Assembly: GCA_000934665.2 (NCBI GenBank)
Contig: JYFJ02004285.1
Span: 1-33,726 of the forward strand
Direction: 5' to 3'
DNA from: Catajapyx aquilonaris
Taxonomy: Eukaryota
Length of the DNA stretch: 33,726 nt
This document shows, one piece after another, positions 33,031 through 33,726 of the stretch. The position numbers and the translations under genes were made by a program. Each line of letters opens with the position of its first letter. The stretch's first letter is position 1. The notes under the pieces were generated by a model. The model searched no databases. It was not told the origin of the DNA and saw only the letters and a list, made by a program, of their open reading frames with translations.

Positions 33031-33726
33031 AGGGAGGTGCCCGCCCGCTGGCTCATCCCATAGACTCTGAATCCCTTTTGTCCCACCAAGCTCATTTACG
33101 GGGACGGACGTTAGTTCCGGGTTCGGTCAGGTCGGATGAATCCGGGCAGACGACATCACTGAGGGATGATTCATTGGAATCGGGTCGGCTCTTAGTAATC
33201 AACTTTGGAGCTCGACCGGTCAGAATGTTAACGAAAAAAAAATTGCGAATAATTTTGCGATGTTCATTTCAGCATTCTGAAATTCTGTTTGCTCAGCAAG
33301 ATTCGCAATAACAAATTCAGCTGGAAATTTTCTTAAGGTGGTGGCATAATCAAACTTGACCTCCACGATCGATACCAATAGATGTCAGCACTCAGCCAAT
33401 CTTGCTCCCTCACGCCATCTTCCGTCCCAAAATTGAGAAACACGTGCCAAAATGTGGCTTTTTTTTCTCTCTCTCTGTGAGGAACTTTAGTGCAGGTGAT
33501 CTTGGGAAGTGCAGGGAGCAAAAGAGAGATGTGCTGAGTCTTGGAAGTATCCAAGAGAGGACACAGCTGCAAGCAGTATCAGAGAGAGTGAGGGGTTTGC
33601 AAGAAGTAGGGGACGGTGGATGTGTGGGAGGGAGGGAGGGAGGGAGAGAGAGATCTCCCCTCCTCCTCCTTTTCCCAAGTAGTGGTTCCCTTCTCGTAAT
33701 GGCCGAAAAGATGGAGGACCCTTCGC

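Noticed and set aside
24320..33726. Many 60-180-aa ORFs (e.g. 31615-32154)
   Set aside because: No recognisable domains, homopolymer-rich sequence and no consistent exon chain. Likely 5' intron or upstream region of the IGDB gene.

Overview
This is eukaryotic (probably arthropod) genomic DNA from a compact genome whose basal GT-AG introns are about 52-70 nt. By manual splicing I built six protein-coding genes: (1) an alpha-1,3-fucosyltransferase (-, 4 exons, 420 aa); (2) a small C2H2 zinc-finger gene (+, 110 aa); (3) a secreted sushi/Wonton + catalytically dead serine-protease homolog with an unrecognised 10-Cys C-terminal module (-, 8 exons, 434 aa); (4) a secreted C-type lectin whose gene appears to splice into the 'orphan' basic ORF at 12188-12754, giving a lectin with a long Arg/Lys/Tyr/Gly-rich tail (-, 5 exons, 429 aa); (5) head-to-head with it, a secreted protein of unknown family with acidic ~18-aa repeats and a basic tail (+, 3 exons, 350 aa); (6) a 19-exon Ig/FN3/DB-module type I membrane protein (-, 1444 aa). 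Several MITE-like or fold-back elements sit in introns. The first 6.5 kb has no convincing ORF. It does carry three GC-rich hairpins with G-U-type pairs on the + strand, a 5x35-bp tandem array, convergent polyA signals and a chain of well-formed minus-strand candidate exons. This suggests a pair of convergent spliced non-coding or decayed transcripts. Gene models are inferred from sequence alone; no database search was run.
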